A stretch of DNA of 63,493 bases, the filler included, from Choristocarpus tenellus KU-1152 (lineage: Eukaryota > Protista > Phaeophyceae), in the NCBI GenBank assembly GCA_964200185.2. It is 12 parts of 12 records of this genome, joined end to end, with 100 filler letters (N's around TTAATTAATTAA, not from the genome) between each part and the next. Parts side by side here need not be neighbours in the genome. Positions count along the whole stretch, not along the records: positions 1 to 16,288 come from CAXNAD020000848.1; 11 more parts are not named here. One strand, 5' to 3'. The first letter of the stretch is position 1. Every line of letters starts with the position of its first letter. Shown here piece after piece: positions 1 through 13,628 of the stretch. Position numbers and translations under genes: made by a program. The notes beneath the pieces were generated by a model. It was given only the letters and a program-made list of their open reading frames with translations. It made no database searches and was not told where the DNA came from.

Positions 1-2827
1 CGTACATAAAATAATACTTCAAATCATATTCTCACAAATGGTCAAGCATAATCTTGACAATCCAGGGGGTAAAGTACCCGATAATCCAAATTTTATCACA
101 ATTCCCAGTTGCACCAAGAATAACGGATCTCGGTTCAACCTCACAATTGTTTTTTCTGGTGGTGGAATGCCTCCACTTCATTTTCTATGCTTTGAACTCC
201 TGGATATTACTCCCTACTTTGAAGTACATGGCAACAGCGCATGACACATTCATTGTTACACAGCAACATTTTTAGTTCTCTGTCCGAATTTTGGGGAAAA
301 TACTACTACTTCGTGCAACACGAGCTCAAATGTCGAAAAGGCGGACTATTTTGCACTGCAGGGATTTGCTCGCCAATCATACGAAGGATCAAGTACCCAC
401 GCCTAACTGCAATGTTTCTATAAGTAGCTCTGCCCCCATCCGACAAAAACGGATACTCATAGCAGAGCTATCATCAGTATGGGCAAGGTGAACCGCTTGG
501 TGATATGCTAGGAGCACCTCCAAAGGTGTTGATACGATGTAGGCCCAAGCTGGGGCTCTATGAGGTCATAGCATGTGACCTTAAGTTATGTGGGCTGGAC
601 AACAGATATGTTGGTTTTCGACATCGCACTGAGTGAGTACATTGAAGTACACAAAAAGAAGGGTATGTTGAAAGTGAAAAGTTTACAAGAGATGCAAGAC
701 ATCCATGAAAAAATGCTAAACAATAAACAAATCTGAATCACCTATGAGGAAACATACATTTAATATTACAAATTCCCCAACCCTTTAATGTTTTATGGCG
801 CTAGCAACACGTTGCTTGCATGTTCTCATTGTCCATGTTATTTAGGACAGGATTGTAAATGGTTGGCTTAGTTGGAGTCATGTGCTTCAACATGGGGGGT
901 GGTCACATCAGTCTAATGGTTGCCATACTTTGCCTCTGCACAAGTAGTTCAATGCTGTCACTTGTCATTTAAAGTATGTTTGGGAAAGTATTGCCATAGG
1001 TTTTTTGCTGTTCTGCCCATTTTTCAGTGTGTGATACTAAATGTTGCCCACATTATTAGAAGCTTAGGTTCCATGCAAGGGTTTTGATTATTGTGACCTC
1101 TGTACGAGTTAAGGGCTCTTTAGGTGCATCCTCCACGTCCGTACTGGTGATAGTGCATTACTTCTCCGAGTGCACTGGGGGAGAATGGCAGTAGCACCAT
1201 CACACAATGTCGCCATGAAAGGATTGGAGTGGGTAAAACATATTTCACCTCATCCATGTGCACCGCTGTGCTGGTCTGTAGATCTAGCATTTGAATGCAG
1301 GCTAACTAACCGTCATGTGGTATCATGTATGCATCTTCTTCTTGAACGCTCTACTCCTGATGCACAAAAGATTATGTTTTCTTGGGCATCAGAGGACTGC
1401 TACAGTCCCCCGATCATCAGTACGATGTTCAGACTTGAATGTCCCTTTTGACTGGTTACTTCATGAATGGACTGAGTAGGTGTGCCATGGTGACTACTTC
1501 ACAAAATGGGCGTGCGTCGCATCAATGTACTCTTAAGTAACTGGCCGGTTACATCAACAAAGTATCAGAGTAGAGAGGCAACGAAGAGATGCCGTTCTAA
1601 CAAAAGCATTGTCTGCCGGATGTTCTGTTCCCATCTTGCCTCCTTGCTTGGAAAGGAGTCCTGGTCCAGTCCAATCAAGGGTCCCAATATATTTCTTTGT
1701 TCTACAACCAGTAGTACGTAGTGGAGAATAACTCCAGAATACCCACCTTCTGTAACATAAACCTTATCATTCGATACTTCAAGAATTTCCCCGTATGTGG
1801 TAGTTCTTACCATAGGTTTTTGATGAAGTATGAGGCATAGTGTGAGAAAAAAGAAAAAAGGTAAACTAATTCTTGAACTAGGGTGCATCAGGTTGTGTCG
1901 CTGCATGTAGATTGAGGTACGTAATTTCCGTCATCCATTAGCAACCTGGAACGTTGTTTGCCATCCTTGAAAAGGATCTTGAAATGCCTCTTCCCGCTCA
2001 GCCTACTATTACAGCAGTGTGCACGTAGAAAGCTACCAAACTCCTATTGCCAATGCCAATTACGATAATGAAAAAAACGTAAGAGTAAAAACAATCCAAG
2101 AAGTCGCTTTCTTCAAAATGCTCCAGATAGGTACTTGACTGTGTGGGATTTGACATGGTCTAAACAAGACACTTCACATGTGACCCCTCCTCATCTGCCT
2201 TTGCCATCACCACATCGCTCAATGTGACAAAAAAAATAAAAATGCATATTGTTACTTCAACAGTATCGTGTTCCCTCTTTTCCAATCTTAATAACAATTA
2301 TACTTCTAATAATTGGGCGTGTCTCTAGCAACCATTTGACTCTTCCTGACCCCCAGCTTGATCATTGACTCTTTAAGACTCTTTGGTCTACTCTTATTTC
2401 GGGGTGCTGCATGGTGCAGGTCCAGTACTGGGACATTCCAATATTGTAGTATATTTAAAGCTCACATTGTGTTCAAATTGTGAATGCAACTCTATTGGCT
2501 CAATGTGAAATACTTCAATGAGATGCATTCACACTGAAGTATGCATTAAAAAATCCATACTTTGAAATAGTCTTGTTGGGTATTTCGACTGCCCTTTCAT
2601 GCCATACTTGACGAAAGAGTTAACCCTTTTTTTTCCTGCTTAGGCGAGTCTCCTCGCACCTCTCCACTCTTGCCTATTCTTGGTGAACGACTTGTCTTCA
2701 CCGGAACCACAGCAGGAGATTCAGAAACAATACACCACACGTCATCAACAAAATAAGTCCATACTTTGGGATATGTATAGACGTAATAAAACACGAGGCT
2801 GGGGTTATTATCATCTCCCAGTCTAGT

Positions 2828-5807
2828 TTACTCTAAACACTCAACCAAAACACTAATATCAAAACTCCAATAGTGATAATATATGACGAAAATGGCAGCA
2901 ATCTCTTGACACACTACACCAATACACCAGAGGGCGCAATGGCTCCATTCCCGCCTGGTATGAGACTGTATCATCTCTGCCAACAGCGCTAGCAGTTGAA
3001 TCAGACCTTGCACACCTTATCATCAAAGCACCGCCCACTCCTATCTATGTCAGACTTGTTTGATGGTGATGTACTCACAAAGGACCACCCAGTACAAGAG
3101 AAGACCCCAGTCCCTGAGCAATACGGCGAGCACTTAGGAGGCATAGTTACAAGATTGTCACTCAATCCATCCTAATTGACCCTCCGACCAACATCAAACA
3201 TGCCAAGATACCTTCTTTCCCATGACAAAACAGAGGGACTTTGCATGCAAGAGGTCATTGATGATCTTTGTCCACAGCTGCGGCTCTGTCTTGAAGCAGG
3301 GACCAGGCGTAGAGATACAACTTGTCCCTCACCTAACCACAAAAAGTAAGGGAAAGAGTAAGGAGAGATTGAGACACAAAAGATCAATGGGGAACAATGG
3401 GTAAATGACCATGGAATTTCCATTCTCCTTCACTGCGGCTCTTCTCTTCAGGTGAAGCAATCTCTCAGTCTGGGACGGAGGACCTGTACTCATTGCTTGA
3501 GTGGAAATTGAACTCAGCCTGGGATCAGACCTGTCACTACTGAGGTTTCAGGATAGGACCTAGACCTGGACTGGCCTTGGACTGGATGAGCCCAGACACA
3601 GAAGCAAAACACACACCCTCAAACTCGGAACTGGACCCAGAACTTTGGTTAAACACCAGATCTGGAACAAAAAGTTCAGACCCACAATTTCAGGTATACC
3701 GCGCAGATGAATAGGGTGCCCTCCGTAGTAATGTACATTTTTGGAGGAGCATTTTCACTGTACATTACTTCAATCTTGCTTCCGTCATTGCGATGGTTCA
3801 ACGAGCTAGCATGGAAAGGGAAGATTGTGTACTGGAGCAAGGGGGCGCAATTCAAATGCTGACAGAAAGACGGACAGGCCTCTTAACATTCTCTCCCCAT
3901 GGACAGACCAATAACACACTGAAATGTTAGAAGGGAGCAGGAGGAAATGGCAACATTCCAAAGCAAAAATACCTCCGTGACATTATCCCAGCACATCCTG
4001 GGACCAAGTTGAGGTCATAACAGGATTGTATCACCAAAAGGCATACGACCACAATACCAAATCCTCCGAGAAACTACTTTGTTGCCCAAGACATATCCCC
4101 ACCTCCTGGGATCCATATATAGTGTTGGGGATAAAGTTCCTGTTGCCCCCAGTGCCTTCCTCCTCCTGGTTGAACTGTCTGTCTCCATCTTCTATTTGCT
4201 CTTGTGGCCCTCTTATGTCGGACATAGTCCCTGAACCCTGAACCAACACCTTCTCTTCACCAACACAAAAATCAGTCTGCCGCTTTCCATCTCCCACTAA
4301 TTCACGTTCCTCTCCAAAAGACGCATCTCCACCTTTTGTGAAACCCTCATCAGAAGCCATTAGGTTAGTGATACCTTGCAGACCCTCTCTGTGAACACAT
4401 GCAAGAACAAAGACTCATGGAGGTTCGGTGAATGCATCCACCCACTAGCACTTTAGTCAAAAAAAGAAACATAACAGCAGTACAATTCATAAATGAAGAG
4501 CTAACAACAGAGCCGAGCATTCCTTTACAGACTTGTGCATTAAAAATGAAAACTGGAACGGGGGGAGGGCAATGACTGTTCTGCCTAGTGAAGCGAAGAC
4601 ACTTGCTTGAGTTTTTGGACATCTTCTGGTGAGAGGGGAGAACCCTTTCTGCGGCGTCTGTTGAGAACCTGCTCCACAGCAGTCACCTTGAGGGACAATT
4701 CCAGAAAAAATAAAATACACATTGGTGAGAGAGGGAGACTTAAGTTCCGGATACAGCTGCTAAGCTCCTGCACTGTATAAAATACAGGAATCACTAGATA
4801 CAAAACTGTGGATATCTGCAGCTACTGTTTGTAATATCGAACCCCCCCTTTCCTTACATCTCTGTGGCTATTCGAAGTGAGGGCAAATAAATAAATGTAC
4901 ATGTATTTGTGTTCAGATAGAAAGATTCTACAAGTAGCACCCTGGAGAGATCATGCGGCTTGCTCTTGTGCAATCTAGAACATGACAATGATCACAACCT
5001 CCTACCCAGCCAGCTACCCAGTCAGTCAGCCAGCCGTGGCAGTATCTCTTGGTAGACCTAGAGTCGCATGCCTGGGAAACTGTACAAAAAACACATCAGA
5101 GGAGTTTCAGCCCGCCCCCTAAAGCCAGTCCTTCCACAGAGTAAAAATCTACGATCAGCTTCGCAAATACTGAGCGTAACACAAGACGCAAGGCGTAAGG
5201 GATGCAAGGGAGTTCTTGTACAAATAGCCTTGAAGTCCATATCCTCCACTGCCGCTTGAACAGCATTGGAATGCTCTTTGGCACACAAAAATATTCTGGC
5301 ATCATACTTAAATTACCTTGGGTGTTTTGCACAATTTATCTTACTAAAAAAAAACATAGCCTGAGCCTGTTCAGCTTTTACATGCCCCCCCCCCAAAAAA
5401 AAGATCTCAGCCACGCAACTGCACCACTTCTTGTCTCTTCCCCCTCCCCCCCACCCCCCTAACCCTCAACCTATAATATCACCCCTTTCATATCTGTGAT
5501 TTCTCCTGGGGGCTTAGTGCACTAAAAAAAACATAGCCTGATCCTGTTCAGCTTTTATATGCCCCCCAAAAAACAGATCTCAGCCACACAACTGCACCAT
5601 TTCTTGTCTCTTCCCCCTCCCCCTCACCCCACTAACCCTCAACCTATAATACCACCACTTTCATGCCTGTGATTTCTCCTGGGGGCTTAGTGGCTTGGAT
5701 CCCCTCTCTGCCTCAGCAGAGCCAAAGGGGGGGAGCTCTCCCTTAGCAATTCTAGCATCTGCCTCTGTGGCCCACTCCAGCATCTCTTCATAAGTGGGGA
5801 TAGCCAT
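2828..5807 (-). pseudogene. Probable decayed gene or TE-derived coding remnants, family not recognised
   Basis: ATG at 5807 opens MAIPTYEEMLEWATEADARIAKGELPPFGSAEAERGSKPLSPQEKSQ. Further protein-like fragments (AKEHSNAVQAAVEDMDFKAICT; ELSLKVTAVEQVLNRRRRKGSPLSPEDVQKLKQ; ORF 4031-4360) are broken by stops and frame changes. The lower boundary is approximate. Confidence 0.25.
5343..5692. repeat. Tandem duplication, 2 x ~175 bp
   Basis: actaaaaaaa(a)catagcctga...gatttctcctgggggcttagtg occurs at 5343-5519 and again at 5521-5692 with scattered substitutions. Confidence 0.93.
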
Positions 5808-7335
5808 GATCTATTGCGCACGAACGTGTGTTTTTGTTTATGAAAGATGCAATTTCTGTAAGAAAAAATGGGACTAAAGGCGAGTTTGTAGATGAACTTT
5901 CATCCTTCCACATGGCAAATGTTTTATACCCCTTGAAAATTGATGGTGTGCTGACATCGAGTGCTACTTGATGCTACTGCGAACCGATTCTCACTCTTGT
6001 GGGTATGTACGGACATGGAATATACCTTATTTGGGGAGGATGGGAAAGGCTGAGGCATCAAAAAGACAAAGCAAGAGAGAGCAATGCCAAAGTCGACACA
6101 GCAAGCGTGCAAGTCGAACTTTTCCTGCTCTTGACCAAGCACACCTATTCTAATGTGCTCCAATTATCTTATCAGCTACTTGTCCACGTGAGGATCAGTA
6201 TTACTCCGGTGACGGCAAAGGGATGAAAAATGTTCCTTTACAAAGAGTAGCCAATACGGTGCCAGTGTTAGTGCTCCCTAGATTTCACTGACCATCTACC
6301 TCTCGGATCATCATATTCCACGACCTTACACCTTTCTTTCTCTGTCAAGAGGGAATGATTTGGCTCCCCTTAGCTCTGTCCTGGTGCTGGCTGCCTTACT
6401 TGAACCCCAACAGAAGGGATGTGGCACTGCAGAGCACTCTACGTGGGAGTAAATAAATACTCTCGAAATCTATTACAAGGTACTTTATTTCTGGCATGCC
6501 ATAGGCGTCTATGTGAAGCAAGAGCCAAATTTGACTTGATTCATCTATAGTTGCTGGATCCAAATCGCATCTCAAGGTAATTGCGTGCAGCTTCAAAGTC
6601 TTTTAACCCACCTTGTATATGTCGTGGGGAATCTCGCCCTCACTTTCCACTGCGTCGAGCTTGAGCCGAGACTGTTTCGAGCAAAATGCATATTGAGTAG
6701 TTCACACTCGATGAATCGATCGAGGGACAACAGAGGGAAGAGTCCATCTCAACTTACCAAGTTTCAATTGGTAACTAGTTGGTTGATACGAAAGAGCCAC
6801 ATTGTTGTAACTCAAAACAACCTTTCCCCAAAAGTGAGGGTCAGGCAAACAATTGCAATGCTGGTTGTATCTATAGAAAGATCGCACCCCTTTCGAGACT
6901 CCCACAGCTGAGGTTAATAGGAAGGAATTGGTACCAAAGAGGTTAATACCCCCATCTTCCAATCAGCGTGCGGAACGCACTTTTCTGTCGGCCATTCCTT
7001 TTCCTCCACGCATGCGAGAACCAAGCTCACCCTGCTCTCTCGAAGGGGAGTCATCCGAGGACAGTAGGAAGTCCCAGGCATCCCTCGATTGATTCCGACT
7101 CCAAGCAAAGGATTGCCAACAAATACATATCCACAAGAAGAAGCAATCAGAAATACAAAGGTAGGAAGTCCATTACCCACCATCCAACCACGTATCAATC
7201 CCATGTTTCACCACCCTTGTCTTGTGTGTTGATGTTCTTGTGATACTGTTCGTATAGAAAGACTTCGATGTGGGTCTGTAAGCTCGCGCGGTATTCGCGC
7301 GAAATGGTGAGATATTTTAAGGCTGAGGATGACTG

Positions 7336-7686
7336 ATGGTAGAGTGGGTGGTACACAGACTCTACCATCAGTTCCAGAAACTCATTATCGAAAGAAGTCG
7401 TCTCCCTATCCCTGTGAGCATAGCTGAGATCAACAGTATATTGAGCGCCAAGGGCGCCGACGCATCCCAGTCTCCGCTAGGTTTCGAAACAGGTTTCTGC
7501 TCATACGGTGTAGAGAAGATGGCAGATGAGAGGAAAGACACTGACCCAATGGAGGTGAGGGATCCCATCCACCTCCACCTGCGGTTTTTGATGTGTGTGT
7601 ATCCTGAAATGCCGAGGGAGATGATATCTCTGTTGTGCATGGAGGACAAGCTGCCGCATTTGAATCCCACCGCAAGCGAGTACTGA
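7336..7686 (+). CDS. Hypothetical 116-aa ORF, possibly the 3' end of a longer decayed intronless ORF (~5970-7686)
   Basis: Open, protein-like composition (MVEWVVHRLYHQFQKLIIERSRLP...), preceded by protein-like fragments in other frames (YCSYRKTSMWVCKLARYSREMVRYFKAEDD). No family motif recognised. Confidence 0.25.
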   Translation: MVEWVVHRLYHQFQKLIIERSRLPIPVSIAEINSILSAKGADASQSPLGFETGFCSYGVEKMADERKDTDPMEVRDPIHLHLRFLMCVYPEMPREMISLLCMEDKLPHLNPTASEY

Positions 7687-8125
7687 TTCTGAATGCGATG
7701 TACGAGTTGTCGTTCATGGGATCAACCCTCGGAAATCAACTGCAATATTTTTTCTTAGGCAAAGAAGCTGACGTAAAGATGAAACTTAACTGATGTTGAT
7801 GCTTGATTGAAAGGGTCTTGTTTCATACACCTTCATTGCAATACCAACTTGGCCAGTTTGTCCTGGTCCAACACCCTGTATCATCCCACGCAGCAGCGCA
7901 GCGTGGGATGTAGTTGCATTACAGTCAGTGGCCATGAAAAGGGTACTGAAACTACCTAAGTTCATTAGTGCATTTGCCGCAAGTCCTCACTTCCCTCTGA
8001 CTATCAAATGTGCAAATCCTACTTTACTATTGATTACCTTTTTAACCCACCCCTAGGTCTGCGCAAAACGTAGCTGCTGCAGTGGAGGTCAGACAACGTC
8101 TGGATGTTACCCTGTAAATTCATCA

Positions 8126-11100
8126 ATGGATGATAGTGATGCGGAAGATGAGGTGGCAACAGACCTCTCCAACTCTGACGTCACAACCAAGTACCAAGAG
8201 GCAGCCAAGATCTGTAACCTTGCCCTGCAGGGTTTGACACAGCAATGTGTACCGGGGGCAAAGATCAATGACTTGTGCAAGTTTGGGGATACCGTCATCT
8301 TGCAAGTATGTTCCATGATATCCTTACACAAGTACCCCTTCTCCACATTGACATTCATCCTATACACGCGCAGTGACCTATGTTTAGACGTTTTTATCGC
8401 ATGAAAAGCTCGATAGAATTTCAGAGATGTATACTCCTGCTGATCCAGTACCAGAAAAATGGTCCCTATCTCATTTGAAAAGGGTTCTAATATATATCCC
8501 GTGTGGAGGTGGTCCTAACCGTAGACTTTTATTTTTGTGGCAACCTGATCCATTCAACAAGAGGTGCAGTCAAATATTTCGTAACAAAGTGAAAGGGGTC
8601 GCCATTGATAAGGGCGTGGCTTTTCCGACATGCGTTTCGGTCAACGAGTGCGTCGTCAACAACTGCCCACTGGAGTCTGAGGCGGGGAACCATGTGAGTC
8701 CCGACTTTTCGTTCCTTCATGTTCCCATAAATTCAGATGCTCCTTGGATTGTTGATTGGGATATTTGCTGAAAACCCGTTTTTCAGAGTGTATTACATTC
8801 TTTAGTTGATAGGTCTTTTCTGTGTTGCCCTCCAAACCCACCTTGAATTCACACTTTATTGAGGCATGTTTCAGAGTTACTGGCTTTTGTACACGTACCT
8901 GGGTGGATATCCGTGGTTCTTAAGATGGCTTGCCCACAGTTGCCCTCTTCATCTTAAATCTTTCCTAGCCCTTCACTGAAGGGGTAGGAGAATTTTGGTG
9001 AGGAAAAATTGTGCGGCGAATGATGATTGAAGGCCTGTCCGTGAACCCAGAAGATTGAATAGGGGAGGGTGCTCTCACGTTCGCCTCTACCTCTCTTCCT
9101 AGCGGTTGAGGGTATGATGGCTTGAGTGTTTGAGTCTTGCGCTTTCTCTGCTAGACGCTTATTTATGTGTGGTGTAGTGGGGTCCTTAAAGCTCCTCTGT
9201 TTCCATGAGCATTGAGGAGACTCTGCTTCCCGCTGCGTCAAACATTCCTGTTTGTTGATGATCCTGTTGACATATATCTGGAGATTTGTATTCTACGGGT
9301 AAATGTAGTGTTTACTTCCAGACTTTGTGTAATGCCCTATGTTTTTTTACGTCAACAAATCACCTTCTCAGAAAATGTTTACAGAAGTTACATTCAACCC
9401 TGAGAAACTGTTACATATTGCCCAGCATTACTTTTGTATGTTGTGATAGACATCATTTTTGTAACAGCTTTCGAACACTTTTCAGAGCACCCATTTATAT
9501 TTATTTTTCTTTGACACAGCATACTTGCTAGTTGCACAGGTAACATGACTATGTTCATCGTTTCTGTGGATTTTTCCACAGATGGTTCTGTTACTACTTG
9601 GGTGTTGAGGCTGGATTATCTGTTTCCTCTAATGCACTTCAGGTAAATACAAGGTTACAACTCCTTACCAATTGCCATTCGCTTTTCTCCTCTCATTTGA
9701 CTCATGTTATTGCTGTGTTTGCACCTGCTTGACTTAACTTTGTGTTGCTGTTTTTCCATCTTGGCTGTATTTTGCTTCGATGGAGACAGAAGCCATTGGC
9801 AGAGGGGGATCTTGTGAAGATTGACTTGGGGTGTCATATTGATGGATACATTGCTGTGGGAGCACACACTACCAAGGTGTGATATTGCAATCAAGAATTG
9901 TTGGAACAGTGGTTTGGAGATGAATATTTAGAGGGTAAAGTGAGATTGAGTTAAATCCTTGAAAAAGTTTGTGTCAAATAGTAATTTCATTTTGTTATGT
10001 TGCATACCAACTGTAATGATACGGTACCTCTGTTGTAAACCTGACCATAATCCAGGTCGGAAAGCAGCCCACCAAAGATAGCCCCTTGACAGGAAAGGAG
10101 GCAGATGTAATTCTTGCAGCAAAACATGCTGCTGAGGTAGCAGTTAAGAGTATCAAGGCTGGGACCAAGAACACTGAGGTATACTGAGTTTGGATTGTTG
10201 GCAATTGTGGTGTTGATTATGGTACGTAGTTTGAATAGTCAATATAAAAAAGGTGTGTGCAAATTGATGGCGTGAGAGTGATAATGGATCAGTCTACATT
10301 ACCCATCCCTGTGGGAAATTTTTTTCCTACTCAACCTCCCACCCTTCTAAGCCCACTCTGTGAGGTCTTCTTCGTAAGAACTGGTGGGTGAGTACATGGT
10401 TGTAGCAGGCTACAATGTCACCACCCCTTGTTATTATGTGCACTCACAGATATCCCTGCCTTAACTCTCCACTCTTTCTGCTCCCTGGGCGGATGTCAGA
10501 ATTGGTGGGTGGTTGGGCTCTATCTGGTTCATGAGGCAAATGTGCAACTAAAAGTTCCATAATAATTTGCTGGCATAGAGGGTTGAATCCTGTCCAGGTT
10601 TGTCCTGACGGATTCCTATCAAACTCGGCTCTATATTCCCATCCTTGGATGATGGTTCACTATTTTCATTTACATCGTTTGTCTTTGATGTGGGTAGGTG
10701 ATCAGAGTGCTACAATTACATGATAGGTAATAACCATAGAGCATACATGTTAGAATCTAGATGTCGTCTTAGGTCATTTCCTTAGGCACTTCTGGATTTA
10801 TTTCATTTTTAATATTTCCACAGAGGAGGGTATCATCATGTAAATGGTTACCTCTAATTTCAGACAATAGGCAACATTTTATTGTGTCAGAAACAATTTT
10901 TGGAGTAGGAACAGATTCAAGCAAATAAACAACTTTGTTTCAAAGAATTGGAGTGGGTATGCAATTTTTTAGTATATTTGGTTTCTCCCTCTTCTGAAAT
11001 TTGTAAGCATAGCATGAAATTACACATTTCAATTTAACGGGAACAACAGTTCGTTCAAATTTTTAGGTTGGACATATTGGTGTTGAGGCTCTTCAAGTGA

Positions 11101-13628
11101 TCATTGTTTGGTTTATAAACCTTGGAGTCTTATTTTGTTGTACTCATTTTATACTATGGGGATGAGCAGTAAAGTTGAAAGAAATGTAGTACTCTTATTT
11201 GCAAGTTCATTTCTTTTCACCTCTTCTGCTAGGTTACAGAGGCAGTTAAAAAGGTTGCTGATGCTTATGGGGTCAACTTCCTTGCTGGGACTGTAATGGA
11301 GCAGATAAAGCGGTAAGTCAGATACATCTACCTCAGTCAAGATTTACTACATAATTTGTTATTGAATTTGTAGTATGTTAATCGGGTGAAAATTGCAAAT
11401 CATACAGGAAGAAAATTATTTTTATTTGTCATGGAGTGATGTTTGGCGCTCCTAGTATGTAGCTGGTGAGCTATTCTTGATATTTTCTCTTTCTGTTACA
11501 CCCTTGCAGATATGTTATCTCAGGAAATAAGAATGTAGCCCTGTGTGCAGAAGACAAAGTGGATGAGATCACATTTGAAACCAATGAGGTGAGTAAAATT
11601 AGACCATAACCGATACTATCTTCGTTATTGTTGGCTTCTTGTAGGTTTTCCATTTTTTCTTCAATCAGATGGTGCCTGGTCTTTATATATTTCATTTATG
11701 ACAACTTTCGCATGGCATGTCCGTGGACAGTGAATGTGCTTTGATACTTTCTTGCAGTCAATTTATTTTTTGTTAGATTTACCTAGAATAGCCTTGTTGA
11801 TGCCACATGCAAGGCAGTGCAAGACTTTAATTAGTAATCTAAGCCTTGCATAAACAATTTTTGTGAATGTTCTGGGGTGAGGCTGCTAGGTTCAGAGCTC
11901 TGATTCGAGGAGTAATTTGCCTTTGATGTGAGTTTAAATATTATGTTCTCTGAAGTTATAAACATGTATGTGGCACCCACACTAGAGAATTCTCTTTTTT
12001 TTCTTCCGTTATACTCGAAGGTTTATTCCGTCAATGTCATAGTGTCCTCAGGAGAGGGCAAGGCAAGAGAGCAGGAAACACGGACAACAGTGTTCAAGAG
12101 GGCTGTTGATAAGAACTACCGTCTTAAAATGAAGGCCTCAAGGTGCGCTATGAATTAGATACAATTGAGTAGATTTACTAAGAAGATAATGAAAAAAATC
12201 TAGAGTAGGCTGATGATCAACACTCACACGAATTTTTTTGCGAAGCATACTTGTGAGAAAATTGAATGTCTATGGCCTGAATCTCTTTCAAAGCTGTTGT
12301 TGCTTATGTTGAATCTATCTATTTCACTCTCTAACTACACGTGATTTGTAACTTTTTTTTATTTTTTATCCAAGGTATCTATTCAATTCGGTCAACACAC
12401 GGTTCCCAACATTGCCCTTCACTCTTCGTGCTGTGGAGGATGAAAAACAGGTCAGTTGGGTGGGTGCATTATGGGTTCCAGGTATTAATCTCTTATGTGT
12501 GCTCTGATTGAAGTCCTTACACTTGTGTCGTTTCAAAAAAATAATGAAATCTACGATGTTGACCCTTGTAATTTATATCGAGGCGACTTTGAAGCTTACT
12601 AGATTTCTCAAAGCTGATTTCAGTTTGACAGCTGTCAACCTATGAGGAAAAATGGGTAGACTTACTAGATAGCTTCCATGTTGTTTTCTTCATTGGTAAT
12701 AACTTACGCTTTCTTTTTCTCCATTTTGATTTGGAGCAGGCAAGGTTGGGTGTGGTGGAGTGTGTGTCACATGAACTGCTGACACCATATCCTGTTCTGT
12801 ATGAGCGTGTAGGAGATATCGTGGCACAGGTTAAGGTGACCGTTCTTCTTCTTCCGTCAGGGACTATCAAGGTATGTGCTGGGGAGAGAACCTTTGCCTG
12901 AAAAAGCAAATGATAGGATTCGTGTACACGCTTGGAAACTTGATATTTAGTTTGATAAAACTCTTACGCTTCTAACTTCCCCTGGCTGGAAGATTTACGT
13001 CTCCAAGTAGATGTTGATTCTTTTCTGAGTGATGTCTTGATCTTGAGATTCAAATTCAGCAATATCCTGTTGTCAACTTCATGCTCAGGTAACAGGAATG
13101 GATATTGATGCTACAGGATTGAGCTCTGAGAAAGTTGTGGATGCGGAGACTCAGGTAGGTAACTCTATGTCTATTTCTATATTGGCACCAATAGTGTATC
13201 CTTGATCTGGTACATCTTGAGTTTGGTTCTTGTTTTCTAATGCATTATTTCAGTTGTGTCACGCACTCTATGTATTTGTACCAAGGCAATTAATCCTTCG
13301 GCTTAAGAAAGAGGACACCATGAGTGTAATATGAACCCATTTTTCTTTTTTGGTTCACAGTATCTGACCATTTTATTGCATCATCAATATTACACTTTAC
13401 ACAAGGAAAGTTGAAACAACCTACAACAAATAGATGTTTCCTTGATTACATAATGGCCATTGTCAACTAAATGATGTGACCACAAGAGTTAATTCACTCT
13501 CTTTTCACCCAACCTTTATTTTGAAATAGGCAATCCTAGATATTGTCACCAGCAAGAAAAGGCGGAACAGGAAGAAAAAACCTGCAGCAGCATCTGGAGA
13601 AAATGTCAAGGCAATGGATGAAGCATAG
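8126..13628 (+). CDS. PA2G4: Proliferation-associated protein 2G4 / EBP1 (inactive MetAP2/M24-fold ribosome-associated protein), complete, 11 exons, 391 aa
   Basis: Exons 8126-8305, 8562-8693, 9790-9876, 10056-10178, 11233-11312, 11510-11588, 12021-12142, 12375-12450, 12740-12871, 13089-13154, 13530-13628, all GT-AG and frame-compatible. Family motifs: VTTKYQEAAKICN, KGVAFPTCVSVN, GDLVKIDLGCHIDGYIA, YRLKMKASR, RFPTLPFTLR, ARLGVVECVSHELLTPYPVL, Lys-rich tail KKRRNRKKK. Confidence 0.96.

Noticed and set aside
1214-1240. Walker-A-like HERIGVGKT
   Set aside because: Lacks the first Gly, the frame is closed by nearby stops, and no Walker B was found.
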